This document shows positions 32,580 to 44,594 of a stretch of 64,000 bases of DNA, one piece after another. Every line of letters begins with the position of its first letter. Position 1 is the stretch's first letter. A program made the translations under genes and the position numbers. Origin of the DNA: Trypanosoma brucei (Eukaryota). The stretch spans positions 2,336,001 to 2,400,000 of the forward strand of contig CM000207.1 of assembly GCA_000002445.1 (NCBI GenBank), read 5' to 3'. The notes beneath the pieces were generated by a model. It was not told the origin of the DNA. It did no database searches and saw nothing but the letters and a program-made list of their open reading frames with translations.

Positions 32580-33589
32580 GAGGTTGCAACTCCATGAATT
32601 GTGATCCCAACCATTCCACTTGTCTCCACACAGTTATGTGCACATACAGGTGAGGCAACAAACATCCTTTGATATTAACCTTATTTTCTATCAGTGGCTA
32701 TTAATATTGTTATTTTATTTTGTTTCATTTATACTTTCACTTTTATTCTTTTTAACTTTACTTTACTTTTCCTTTACTGTGTTATCTTTCGAATATCTGT
32801 TCCAACTTTTATCCTTCATTTTTATAACTGATTTTCTAGTGTGTTTATTGCCCTACTTTTAGTTGTATTTTTTCCTTTACCACCTTTGTTTTTTCATTAT
32901 TTTATTCATGTAAAGCACTGAGGTGATTGCGTGTGAGCATGGCCACCTATGCGTTACCATTGTAAAACCGTTTTGCTAAAATCTATCATTCCTACGCATC
33001 CATAATGTCCTATTGTATGCGTAAAGCTAACTGATTCTGAGGGTTTTTATTTTATCATGAAGCAAAACTGTTACACTGTGGGTTTACCTTCACATATCTC
33101 TCTCCCATTACTCATTACACTTATTTTATGTTGTATTCTCTCCCTTTTTATTTCATATCTCTATATTTTATGTTACTGTCAGTATGTTGTATCGTAATAG
33201 TGTAGGATACCCTAAATGCTCAATACATGTGCTCTTACTGATTCGATCAGATATTGATATTATCATGTCTAATGAAATGACTATTGGAAGTTTGGGTGTG
33301 TGCTATTGCATTGCCTCTCTGCTTTGTAATTATGATATTTGATTTCCACTGTCACTTAGAATTGTATTTAGTAGGGAGTGGGGACAGTTCCATGCTGTGA
33401 TGTGTGCAGTGTGCTTAAATGATGAGCTGATTGACTGTAATGGTGTCACTACTCATATTGATACTATTGTTGTTGCTATTCTTTGCATTTCCCACTGTTG
33501 ATTCCATTAATCTCTCCTAATTCTCATGACAAGAATCCACTACAAGACAGCAGACACAAGTTTCGATACCATCCGAATAAATAACAATT

Positions 33590-34372
33590 ATGAGCATCAC
33601 TTTTCATAACTTATGGCTACTTTTAACAGTGTTATGCACCGCAGGTATTCGTGCTGACGCAAGTAAGGAGGAGTGTCCGGATAAGGGATCTTATCCGGCA
33701 GCCGAGGACGTACTTGTATTGTGTCGTGTGGCGGAACAACTTCGAGGGTTACCGGATACAGTGAGTTCTGCTCTTGTTAATGCCGCTACTGCTTCGAGTA
33801 AAGCATTTGAAGCAAAGGTACAAGCAGAGGAAGCTGTGGAACTTGCCGAGTCGAAAGGCCTAAACGTTACGAAAGCGAAGGAAGCTGCTGTGAGAGCAAC
33901 ACTCGCTGCTGAAGCTGCGGCTACGGCTGCAAGTAATGTGGAAATTAACGCTGCAAATATTGCTGCGGTGCCGTGGCTTGAACGAAGACAAAATGTGGGT
34001 TGGCAGAAGCTTGCGAAGTGTATAGACTTAGATATGGACATGCGGGAAGCAGCAAGGGTGTGTAGAAGGGCAGCAGACAACGTGACAGCCCAATCCCTCA
34101 CTGCGGCGCTGAAGGATTTGGAGAAGGTTTATACTGATGTGAGTACTAGAGAAGCCTTACGGAAGGAAACCGTTGAGTTCCATAAAGAGCTCGCGTCTTT
34201 AGAGGAGCATGTCGAAGAGGCTGTCCGTGCACAAAAACGGGCTGAGGATGCAGCTGCATATGCGAATCAAACAGTCGGTACAAATACGGGACCAGTTGTG
34301 AATTCCGTTGCATCACCTGAAGGGTCAGTGCTGCTACTGATAGCTGGACTGTTTCTCGGTTCTGTACTGTAA
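33590..34372 (+). CDS. BARP: BARP-like alanine-rich surface protein, copy 2 (260 aa)
   Basis: Same signal peptide, core and GPI signal. N-terminal variable segment is type DASKEECPDKGSYPAAEDVLVLC. Confidence 0.85.
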   Translation: MSITFHNLWLLLTVLCTAGIRADASKEECPDKGSYPAAEDVLVLCRVAEQLRGLPDTVSSALVNAATASSKAFEAKVQAEEAVELAESKGLNVTKAKEAAVRATLAAEAAATAASNVEINAANIAAVPWLERRQNVGWQKLAKCIDLDMDMREAARVCRRAADNVTAQSLTAALKDLEKVYTDVSTREALRKETVEFHKELASLEEHVEEAVRAQKRAEDAAAYANQTVGTNTGPVVNSVASPEGSVLLLIAGLFLGSVL

Positions 34373-35384
34373 GAGGTTGCAACTCTATAAATTGTGATGC
34401 CAACCATTCCTCTTGTCTCCACACAGTTATGTGCACATACAAGTGAGGCAGCAAACATTCTTTGATATTAACCTTATTTTCTATCAGTGGCTATTAATAT
34501 TGTTATTTTATTTTGTTTCATTTATACTTTCACTTTTATTCTTTTTACTTTACTTTACTTTTCCTTTTATTATTTTATCTTTCGAACAGTTGTTGTAACT
34601 TTTATCCTTCATTTTTATAACTGATTTTCTAGTGTGTTTATTGCCCTACTTTTTAGCTATATTTTTTTCCTTTATTACCTTTGTTTTTTCATTATTTTAT
34701 TCATGTAATGCACTGAGGTGATTGCGTGTAAGCATGGCCACCTATGTGTTACCATCGTAAGAGCGTGTTACTAAAATCTATCATTCCTACGCATCCATAA
34801 TGTCCTATTGTATGCGTAAAGCTAACTGATTCTGAGGGTTTTTATTTTATCATGAAGCAAAACTGTTACACTGTGAGTTTACCTTCACATATCTCTCTCC
34901 CATTACTCATTACACTTATTTTATGTTGTATTCTCTCCCTTTTTATTTCATATCTCTATATTTTATGTTACTGTCAGTATGTTGTATCGTAATAGTGTAG
35001 GATACCCTAAATGCTCAATACATGTGCTCTTACTGATTCCATCAGATATTGATATTATCGTGTCTAATGAAATGACTATTGGAAGTTTGGGTGTGTGCTA
35101 TTGCATTCCCTCTCTGCTTTGTAATTATGTTATTTGATTTCCACTGTCACTTAGAATTGTATTTAGTAGGGAGTGGGGACAGTTCCATGCTGTGATGTGT
35201 GCAGTGTGCTTAAATGATGAGCTGATTGACTGTAATGGTGTCACTACTCATATTGATACTATTGTTATTGCTATTCTTTGTATTTCCCACTGTTGATTCC
35301 AATAATCTCTCCTAATTCTCATGACAAGAATCCACTACAAGACAGCAGACACAAGTTTCGATACCATCCAAATAAATAACAATT

Positions 35385-36167
35385 ATGAGCATCACTTTTC
35401 ATAATTTATGGCTACTTTTGACAGTGTTATGCACCGCAGGTGTTCGTGCTCATCATGGCTGGACCAATTGCTACCCTGCGGGAAACAGTCCACCAGTAGA
35501 AGAGATTCGTGCGTCATGCGAAGTGGCTCACCAACTTCGAGGCCTATCACAAACAGTAACATCTGCTGTGGAAACTTCCGCTGCTGCTTCGAGTAAAGCA
35601 TTTGAAGCAAAGGTACAAGCAGAGGAAGCTGTGGAACTTGCCGAGTCAAAAGGCCTAAACGTTACGAAAGCGAAGGAAGCTGCTGTGAGAGCAACACTCG
35701 CTGCTGAAGCTGCGGCTACGGCTGCAAGTAATGTGGAAATTAACGCTGCAAATATTGCTGCGGTGCCGTGGCTTGAACGAAGACAAAATACAGGTTGGGA
35801 GGTGCTTACGAAATGCATTAACTTAGACGATGATATAAAAAAAATGGCATCAAAGTGTAAAAGTGCAGCAGAAGTTGTAACAGCCGAATCGATCAGTGCG
35901 GCGTTAAACGATTTGGGGAAGACATTTATAAATGAGAAGACTCGAGAAGCCTTACGGAAGGAAAGCGTTGAGTTCCATAAAGAGCTCGCGTCTTTAGAGG
36001 AACATGTCGAAGAGGCTGTCCGTGCACAAAAACGGGCTGAGGATGCAGCTGCAGATGCGAATCAAACAGCCGGTACAAATACGGGACCAGTTGTGAATTC
36101 CGTTGCATCACCTGAAGGGTCAGTGCTGCTACTGATGGCTGGACTGTTTCTCGGTTCTGTACTGTAA
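35385..36167 (+). CDS. BARP: BARP-like alanine-rich surface protein, copy 3 (260 aa)
   Basis: N-terminal variable segment HHGWTNCYPAGNSPPVEEIRASC; conserved core and GPI signal. Confidence 0.85.
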   Translation: MSITFHNLWLLLTVLCTAGVRAHHGWTNCYPAGNSPPVEEIRASCEVAHQLRGLSQTVTSAVETSAAASSKAFEAKVQAEEAVELAESKGLNVTKAKEAAVRATLAAEAAATAASNVEINAANIAAVPWLERRQNTGWEVLTKCINLDDDIKKMASKCKSAAEVVTAESISAALNDLGKTFINEKTREALRKESVEFHKELASLEEHVEEAVRAQKRAEDAAADANQTAGTNTGPVVNSVASPEGSVLLLMAGLFLGSVL

Positions 36168-37183
36168 GAGGTTGCAACTCTATAAATTGTGATGCCAACC
36201 ATTCCACTTGTCTCCACACAGTTATATGCACATACAAGTGAGGCAGCAAACATCCTTTCCTATTAACCTTATTTTCTATCAGTGGCTATTAATATTGTTA
36301 TTTTATTTTGTTTCATTTATACTTTCATTTTTATTATTCTTTTTACTTTACTTTACTTTTCCTTTTATTATTTTATCTTTCGAACAGTTGTTGTAACTTT
36401 TATCCTTCATTTTTATAGCTGTGCTACTAAAGTGTGTTTATAGTCCTTCTTTTTAGTTGTATTTTTTCCTTTATTACCTTTGTTTTTTCATTATTTTATT
36501 CATGTAATGCACTGAGGTGATTGCGTGTGAGCATGACCACCTATGCGTTACCATTGTAAAACCGTGTTACTAAAACGTATCATTTCTACGCATCCATAAT
36601 GTCCTATTGTATGCGTAAAGCTAACTGATTCTGAGGGTTTTTATTTTATCATGAAGCAAAACTGTTACACTGTGAGTTTACCTTCACATATCTCTCTCCC
36701 ATTACTCATTACACTTATTTTATGTTGTATTCTCTCCCTTTTTATTTCATATCTCTATATTTTATGTTACTGTCAGTATGTTGTGTCGTAATAGTGTAGA
36801 ATACTCTAAACGCTCAATACATGTGCTCTTACTGATTCCATCAGATATTGATATTATCGTGTCTAATGAAATGACTATTGGAAGTTTGGGTGTGTGCTAT
36901 TGCATTGCCTCTCTGCTTTGTAATTATGATATTTGATTTCCACTGTCACTTAGAATTGTATTTAGTAGGGAGTGGGGACAGTTCCATGCTGTGATGTGTG
37001 CAGTGTGCTTAAATGATGAGCTGATTGACTGTAATGGTGTCACTACTCATATTGATACTATTAATGTTGCTATTCCCTGTATTTCCTACTGTTGATTCCA
37101 TTAATCTCTCCTAATTCTCATGACAAGAATCCACTACAAGACAGCAGACACAAGTTTCGATACCATCCGAATAAATAACAATT

Positions 37184-38056
37184 ATGAGCATCACTTTTCA
37201 TAACTTATGGCTACTTTTGACAGTGTTATGCACTGCAGGTATTCGTGCGCACGGTGACTGGAGAGATTGCTATGCTGGTAGGAAACCCCCACCGGCAGGA
37301 CACGTACGTGTGGTGTGCAGTTTGGCGGAACAACTTCGAGGTTTACCGGATACAATAAGTTCTGCTCTTGTTACTGCCGCTGCTGCTTCGAGTAAGGCAT
37401 TTGAAGCAAAGGTACAAGCAGAGGAAGCTGTGGAACTTGCCGAGTCGAGAGGCCTAAACGTTACGAAAGCGAAGGAAGCTGCTGTGAGAGCAACACTTGC
37501 TGCTGAAGCTGCGGCTACAGCTGCAAGTAATGTGGAAATTGACGCTGCAAATGTCACTTCCTCCCGTCTGGCTCGTCGCAATCCTAACACAGGCTTTGAG
37601 AAAGTTGCTATGTGCGAAAACTTGGACAAGGATTTGCGGGAGGCGGCAGCAAAGTGCACAAAGAAAGCGGAGAACGTGACAACCCAATCACTCAGTGAGA
37701 CACTTCATAGGTTGGAGAATCTGTACACTAATATGAGTGCTCTTGAATCCTTACGGGTCGAACATGTTGAAATTGAACGCTTTTTTGAGATGCTCGAAGA
37801 ACACGTGGAGGAGGCTGTCCGTGCACAAAGACAAGCTGAGGAAGCAGCTGCCGAGGCAATTAAAATAGTAGCTGCTGATGAGGAGGTGAGAGGATACAAA
37901 AAGGAAGAAATTAATCAAGTAGCAGGGACAAAAAAAGGTCATGAGGCAAATCAAACAACCGGCACAAATACGGGACCAGTTGTGAATTCCGTTGCATCAC
38001 CTGAAGGGTCAGTGCTGCTACTGATGGCTGGACTGTTTCTCGGTTCTGTACTGTAA
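37184..38056 (+). CDS. BARP: BARP-like alanine-rich surface protein, copy 4 (290 aa)
   Basis: N-terminal variable segment HGDWRDCYAGRKPPPAGHVRVVC. It also carries the C-terminal insertion EEAAAEAIKIVAADEEVRGYKKEEINQVAGTKKGHEANQTTGTNTGPVVN, shared with copy 5. Confidence 0.85.
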   Translation: MSITFHNLWLLLTVLCTAGIRAHGDWRDCYAGRKPPPAGHVRVVCSLAEQLRGLPDTISSALVTAAAASSKAFEAKVQAEEAVELAESRGLNVTKAKEAAVRATLAAEAAATAASNVEIDAANVTSSRLARRNPNTGFEKVAMCENLDKDLREAAAKCTKKAENVTTQSLSETLHRLENLYTNMSALESLRVEHVEIERFFEMLEEHVEEAVRAQRQAEEAAAEAIKIVAADEEVRGYKKEEINQVAGTKKGHEANQTTGTNTGPVVNSVASPEGSVLLLMAGLFLGSVL

Positions 38057-39074
38057 GAGGTTGCAACTCTATAAATTGTGATGCCAACCATTCCACTTGT
38101 CTCCACACAGTTATATGCACATACAAGTGAGGCAGCAAACATCCTTTCCTATTAACCTTATTTTCTATCAGTGGCTATTAATATTGTTATTTTATTTTGT
38201 TTCATTTATACTTTCATTTTTATTATTCTTTTTACCTTACTTTACTTTTCCTTTTCCTTTATAATGTTATATTCCGAACATGTTCCAACTTTTATCCTTC
38301 ATTTTTATAACTGATTTTCTAGTGTATTTATTTTCTTATTTTTAGCTATATTTTTTTCCTTTATTATCTTTGTTTTTTCATTATTTTATTCATGTAATGC
38401 ACTGAGGTGATTGCGTGTGAGCATGGCCACCTATGCGTTACAACTGTAAAATTGTTTTACTGAAACGTATCATTCCTACGCATCCATAATGTCCTATTGT
38501 ATGCGTAAAGCTAACTGATTCTGAGGGTTTTTTATTTTATCATGAAGCAAAACTGTTACACTGTGGGTTTACCTTCACATATCTCTCTCCCATTACTCAT
38601 TACACTTATTTTATGTTGTATTCTCTCCCTTTTTATTTCATATCTCTATATTTTATGTTACTGTCAGTATGTTGTATCGTAATAGTGTAGGATACCCTAA
38701 ATGCTCAATACATGTGCTCTTACTGATTCCATCAGATATTGATATTATCGTGTCTAATGAAATGACTATTGGAAGTTTGGGTGTGTGCTATTGCATTGCC
38801 TCTCTGCTTTGTAATTATGTTATTTGATTTCCACTGTCACTTAGAATTGTATTTAGTAGGGAGTGGGGACAGTTCCATGCTGTGATGTGTGCAGTGTGCT
38901 TAAATGACGAGCTGATTGACTGTAATGGTGTCACTACTCATATTGATACTATTAATGTTGCTATTCCCTGTATTTCCCACTGTTGATTCCATTAATCTCT
39001 CCTAATTCTCATGACAAGAATCCACTACAAGACAGCAGACACAAGCTTCGATACCATCCAAATTAATAACAATT

Positions 39075-39947
39075 ATGAGCATCACTTTTAATAATTTATG
39101 GCTACTTTTGACAGTGTTATGCACCGCAGGTATTCGTGCTCATCATGTCTGGAATGATTGCTTTGCCGATGGAAGCTATCCACCACTAGAAGGTATACCC
39201 GCATTGTGTGGTGTGGCGGAACAACTTCGAGGTTTACCGGATACAATAAGTTCTGCTCTTGTTAATGTCGCTACTGCTTCGAGTAAAGCATTTGAAGCAA
39301 AGGTACAAGCAGAGGAAGCTGTGGAACTTGCCGAGTCGAAAGGCCTAAACGTTACGAAAGCGAAGGAAGCTGCTGTGAGAGCAACACTCGCTGCTGAAGC
39401 TGCGGCTACGGCTGCAAGTAATGTGGAAATTAACGCTGCAAATATTGCTGCGGTGCCGTGGTCACAAAGGAGACAGGATGCGGGGTTGCAAAAAGTTGCA
39501 CTATGCGACAATGTGGACAAGGATGTACGAGAGGCGGCAGCAAAGTGCACAAAGAAAGCGGAGAACGTGACAGCTGAATCTCTCCGTGCGGCACTAGAAG
39601 CGTTGGAGAATCTTGTTACTGATGTTAAATTCCAAGAAAATTTACGGAAGGAAGATGTCGAATTTCACACGGAGCTGAAATCATTAGAGGATCACGTGGA
39701 GGAGGCTGTCCGTGCACAAAGACAAGCTGAGGAAGCAGCTGCCGAGGCAATTAAAATAGTAGCTGCTGATGAGGAGGTGAGAGGATACAAAAAGGAAGAA
39801 ATTAATCAAGTAGCAGGGACAAAAAAAGGTCATGAGGCAAATCAAACAACCGGCACAAATACGGGACCAGTTGTGAATTCCGTTGCATCACCTGAAGGGT
39901 CAGTGCTGCTACTGATGGCTGGACTGTTTCTCGGTTCTGTACTGTAA
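39075..39947 (+). CDS. BARP: BARP-like alanine-rich surface protein, copy 5 (290 aa)
   Basis: N-terminal variable segment HHVWNDCFADGSYPPLEGIPALC. Its C-terminal 60 aa are identical to copy 4. Confidence 0.85.
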   Translation: MSITFNNLWLLLTVLCTAGIRAHHVWNDCFADGSYPPLEGIPALCGVAEQLRGLPDTISSALVNVATASSKAFEAKVQAEEAVELAESKGLNVTKAKEAAVRATLAAEAAATAASNVEINAANIAAVPWSQRRQDAGLQKVALCDNVDKDVREAAAKCTKKAENVTAESLRAALEALENLVTDVKFQENLRKEDVEFHTELKSLEDHVEEAVRAQRQAEEAAAEAIKIVAADEEVRGYKKEEINQVAGTKKGHEANQTTGTNTGPVVNSVASPEGSVLLLMAGLFLGSVL

Positions 39948-40961
39948 GAGGTTGCAACTCCATGAATTGTGATCCCAACCATTCCACTTCTCTCCACACA
40001 GTTATGTGCACATACAAGTGAGGCAGCAAACATCCTTTCATATTAACCTTATTTTCTATCAGTGGCTATTAATATTGCTATTTTATTTTGTTTCATTTAT
40101 ACTTTCACTTTTATTATTCTTTTTAACCTTACTTTACTTTTCCTTTTATTATTTTATCTTTCGAACAGTTGTTGTAGCTTTTATCCTTCATTTTTATAAC
40201 TGATTTTCTAGTGTATTTATTTTCTTATTTTTAGCTATATTTTTTTCCTTTATTATCTTTGTTTTTTCATTATTTTATTCATGTAATGCGCTGAGGTGAT
40301 TGCGTGTGAGCATGGCCACCTATGCGTTACCATTGTAAAACCGTGTTACTAAAACGTATCATTCCTACGCATCCATAATGTCCTATTGTATGCGTAAAGC
40401 TAACTGATTCTGAGGGGTTTTATTTTATTATGAAGCAAAACTGTTACACTGTGAGTTTACCTTCACATATCTCTCTCCCATTACTCATTACACTTATTTT
40501 ATGTTGTATTCTCTCCCTTTTTATTTATATCTCTATATTTTATGTTACTGTCAGTATGTTGTATCGTAATAGTGTAGAATACCCTAAATGCTCAATACAT
40601 GTGCTCTTACTGATTCCATCAGATATTGATATTATCGTGTCTAATGAAATGACTATTGGAAGTTTGGATGTGTGCTATTGCATTGCCTCTCTGCTTTGTA
40701 ATTATGATATTTGATTTCCACTGTCACTTAGAATTGTATTTAGTAGGGAGCGGGGACAGTTCCATGCTGTGATGTGTGCAGTGTGCTTAAATGATGAACT
40801 GATTGACTGTAATGGTGTCACTACTCATATTGATACTATTAATGTTGCTATTCCCTGTATTTCCTACTGTTGATTCCATTAATCTCTCCTAATTCTCATG
40901 ACAAGAATCCACTACAAGACAGCAGACACAAGCTTCGATACCATCCAAATTAATAACAATT

Positions 40962-41729
40962 ATGAGCATCACTTTTCATAACTTATGGCTACTTTTAACA
41001 GTGTTATGCACCGCAGGTATTCGTGCTGACGCAAGTAAGGAGGAGTGTCCGGATAAGGGATCTTATCCGGCAGCCGAGGACGTACTTGTATTGTGTCGTG
41101 TGGCGGAACAACTTCGAGGGTTACCGGATACAGTGAGTTCTGCTCTTGTTAATGCCGCTACTGCTTCGAGTAAAGCATTTGAAGCAAAGGTACAAGCAGA
41201 GGAAGCTGTGGAACTTGCCGAGTCAAAAGGCCTAAACGTTACGAAAGCGAAGGAAGCTGCTGTGAGAGCAACACTCGCTGCTGAAGCTGCGGCTACGGCT
41301 GTGAGCTATGCGAATGCGCACGGCACGAAAGTTGGATCGATGACAGAAATACTTTGGGAGGCGGATGAAGAGTTGCGTGAACTTGTAGTGTGTAAGAGAA
41401 TGGATGAAGAAACAATAAAAGCTGCTGCAGAGTGTACGGGCACAGCGGAAGTTGTAACAGCCCAATCACTCAGTGAGGCACTAGAGGCATTGGCTAATCT
41501 ACACTATGGTGATGAAAACGTTGCTGAAACCCTACGACGGAAAGATGTTGTGTTCCACAAAGAGCTGAAATCACTCGAAGGTTACGTGGAGGAGGCTGTT
41601 CATGCACAAAAACAGGCTGAGGATGCAGCTGCAGATGCCAATCAAGTAGCTACTGGAAATTCCGTCGCATCGCCTGAAAAGTCAGTGCTGCTACTGATGG
41701 CTGGATTGTTTCTCAGTTCTGTACTGTAA
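40962..41729 (+). CDS. BARP: BARP-like alanine-rich surface protein, copy 6 (255 aa)
   Basis: Central variable block VSYANAHGTKVGSMTEILWEADEELRELVVCKRMDEETIKAAAECTGTAEVV. Nearly identical to copy 8. GPI signal variant LFLSSVL. Confidence 0.85.
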   Translation: MSITFHNLWLLLTVLCTAGIRADASKEECPDKGSYPAAEDVLVLCRVAEQLRGLPDTVSSALVNAATASSKAFEAKVQAEEAVELAESKGLNVTKAKEAAVRATLAAEAAATAVSYANAHGTKVGSMTEILWEADEELRELVVCKRMDEETIKAAAECTGTAEVVTAQSLSEALEALANLHYGDENVAETLRRKDVVFHKELKSLEGYVEEAVHAQKQAEDAAADANQVATGNSVASPEKSVLLLMAGLFLSSVL

Positions 41730-42742
41730 GAGGTTGCAACTCTATAAATTGTGATGCCAACCATTCCACTTGTCTCCACACAGTTATGTGCACATACAAG
41801 TGGGGCAGCAAACATCCTTTCATATTAGTATTATTTTCTATCAGTGGCTATTAATATTGTTATTTTATTTTGTTTCCTTTCTACTTTCACTTTTATTATT
41901 CTTTTTAACCTTACTTTACTTTTCCTTTTATTATTTTATCTTTCGAACAGTTGTTGTAACTTTTATCCTTCATTTTTATAACTGATTTTCTAGTGTGTCT
42001 GTTGTCCTTCTTTTTAGTTGTATTTTTTCCTTTATTACCTTATTTTTCATTATTTTATTCATGTATTGCACTGAGGTGATTGCGTGTGAGCATGGCCACC
42101 TATGCGTTACAACTGTAAAATTGTTTTACTGAAACGTATCATTCCTACGCATCCATAATGTCCTATTGTATGCGTAAAGCTAACTGATTCTGAGGGTTTT
42201 TATTTTATCATGAAGCAAAAATGTTACACTGTGGGTTTACCTTCACATATCTCTCTCCCATTACTCATTACACTTATTTTATGTTGTATTCTCTCCCTTT
42301 TTATTTCATATCTCTATATTTTATGTTACTGTCAGTAGGTTGTATCGTAATAGTGTAGGATACCCTAAATGCTCAATACATGTGCTCTTACTGATTCCAT
42401 CAGATATTGATATTATCGTGTCTAATGAAATGACTATTGGAAGTTTGGGTGTGTGCTATTGCATTGCCTCTCTGCTTTGTAATTATGATATTTGATTTCC
42501 ACTGTCACTTAGAATTGTATTTAGTAGGGAGTGGGGACAGTTCCATGCTGTGATGTGTGCAGTGTGCTTAAATGATGAGCTGATTGACTGTAATGGTGTC
42601 ACTACTCATATTGATACTATTGTTGTTGCTATTCTTTGCATTTCCCACTGTTGATTCCATTAATCTCTCCTAATTCTCATGACAAGAATCCACTACAAGA
42701 CAGCAGACACAAGTTTCGATACCATCCGAATAAATAACAATT

Positions 42743-43579
42743 ATGAGCATCACTTTTAATAATTTATGGCTACTTTTGACAGTGTTATGCACTGCAGGTA
42801 TTCGTGCGCACGGTGACTGGAGAGATTGCTATGCTGCTAGGAAACCCCCACCGGCAGGACACGTACGTGTGGTGTGCAATTTGGCGGAACAACTTCGAGG
42901 GTTACCGGATACAGTAAGTTCTGCTCTTGTTAATGCCGCTGCTGCTTCGAGTAAAGCATTTGAAGCAAAGGTACAAGCAGAGGAAGCTGTGGAACTTGCC
43001 GAGTCGAGAGGCCTAAACGTTACGAAAGCGAAGGAAGCTGCTGTGAGAGCAACACTCGCTGCTGAAGCTGCGGCTACGGCTGCAAGTAATGTGGAAATTA
43101 ACGCTGCAAATGTCACTTCCTCGCGTTTGGCTCGTCGCAACCCTAACACAGGCTTTGAGAAAATTGCTATGTGCGAAAACTTGGACGAGGATGTACGAGA
43201 GGCAGCAGTAAAGTGTACAAAGAAAGCGGAGAACGTGACAACCCAATCTCTCAATGAAGCACTTCATAGGTTGGAGAATCTGTACACTAATATGAGTGCT
43301 CTTGAATCCTTACGGGTTGAACATGTTGAAATTGAACGCTTTTTTGAGATGCTCGAAGAACACGTAGAGGAGGCTGTGAGTGCACAAAGACAAGCTGAGG
43401 ATGCAGCTGCCGAGGCAATTAAAATAGCAGCTGCTGATGAGAAGGTGAGAGGATACAAAAAGGAAGAAATAAATCAAACAGCCGGCCCAAATACGGGACC
43501 AGTTGTGAATTCCGTTGCATCACCTGAAGGGTCGGTGCTGCTACTGATGGCTGGACTGTTTCTCGGTTCTGTACTGTAA
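42743..43579 (+). CDS. BARP: BARP-like alanine-rich surface protein, copy 7 (278 aa)
   Basis: Shares its N-terminal variable segment (HGDWRDCYAARKPPPAGHVRVVC) and central block (NVTSSRLARRNPNTGFEK...EHVEIERFFEMLEEHVEEAV) with copy 4. The C-terminus is shorter. Confidence 0.85.
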   Translation: MSITFNNLWLLLTVLCTAGIRAHGDWRDCYAARKPPPAGHVRVVCNLAEQLRGLPDTVSSALVNAAAASSKAFEAKVQAEEAVELAESRGLNVTKAKEAAVRATLAAEAAATAASNVEINAANVTSSRLARRNPNTGFEKIAMCENLDEDVREAAVKCTKKAENVTTQSLNEALHRLENLYTNMSALESLRVEHVEIERFFEMLEEHVEEAVSAQRQAEDAAAEAIKIAAADEKVRGYKKEEINQTAGPNTGPVVNSVASPEGSVLLLMAGLFLGSVL

Positions 43580-44594
43580 GAGGTTGCAACTCCATGAATT
43601 GTGATCCCAACCATTCCACTTGTCTCCACACAGTTATGTGCACATACAAGTGAGGCAGCAAACATCCTTTGATATTAGTATTATTTTCTATCAGTGGCTA
43701 TTAATATTGTTATTTTATTTTGTTTCATTTATACTTTCACTTTTATTATTCTTTTTACTTTACTTTACTTTTCCTTTACTGTGTTATCTTTCGAATATCT
43801 GTTCCAACTTTTATCCTTCATTTTTATAACTGTGCAGCTGAGGTGTGTCTATTTTCCTATTTTCATTTTTATTTTTTTCCTTTACTAACTTTGTTTTTTC
43901 ATTATTTTATTCATGTAATGCACTGAGGTGATTGCGTGTAAGCATGGCCACCTATGCGTTACCATCGTAAGAGCGTGTTACTAAAATCTATCATTCCTAC
44001 GCATCCATAATGTCCTATTGTATGCGTAAAGCTAACTGATTCTGAGGGTTTTTATTTTATCATGAAGCAAAACTGTTACACTGTGGGTTTACCTTCACAT
44101 ATCTCTCTCCCATTACTCATTACACTTATTTTATGTTGTATTCTCTCCCTTTTTATTTCATATCTCTATATTTTATGTTACTGTCAGTAGGTTGTATCGT
44201 AATAGTGTAGGATACCCTAAATACTCAATACATGTGCTCTTACTGATTCGATCAGATATTGATATTATCGTGTCTAATGAAATGACTATTGGAAGTTTGG
44301 ATGTGTGCTATTGCATTGCCTCTCTGCTTTGTAATTATGATATTTGATTTCCACTGTCACTTAGAATTGTATTTAGTAGGGAGTAGGGACAGTTCCATGC
44401 TGTGATGTGTGCAGTGTGCTTAAATGATGAGCTGATTGACTGTAATGGTGTCACTACTCATATTGATACTATTGTTGTTGCTATTCCCTGTATTTCCTAC
44501 TGTTGATTCCATTAATCTCTCCTAATTCTCATGACAAGAATCCACTACAAGACAGCAGACACAAGTTTCGATACCATCCAAATTAATAACAATT

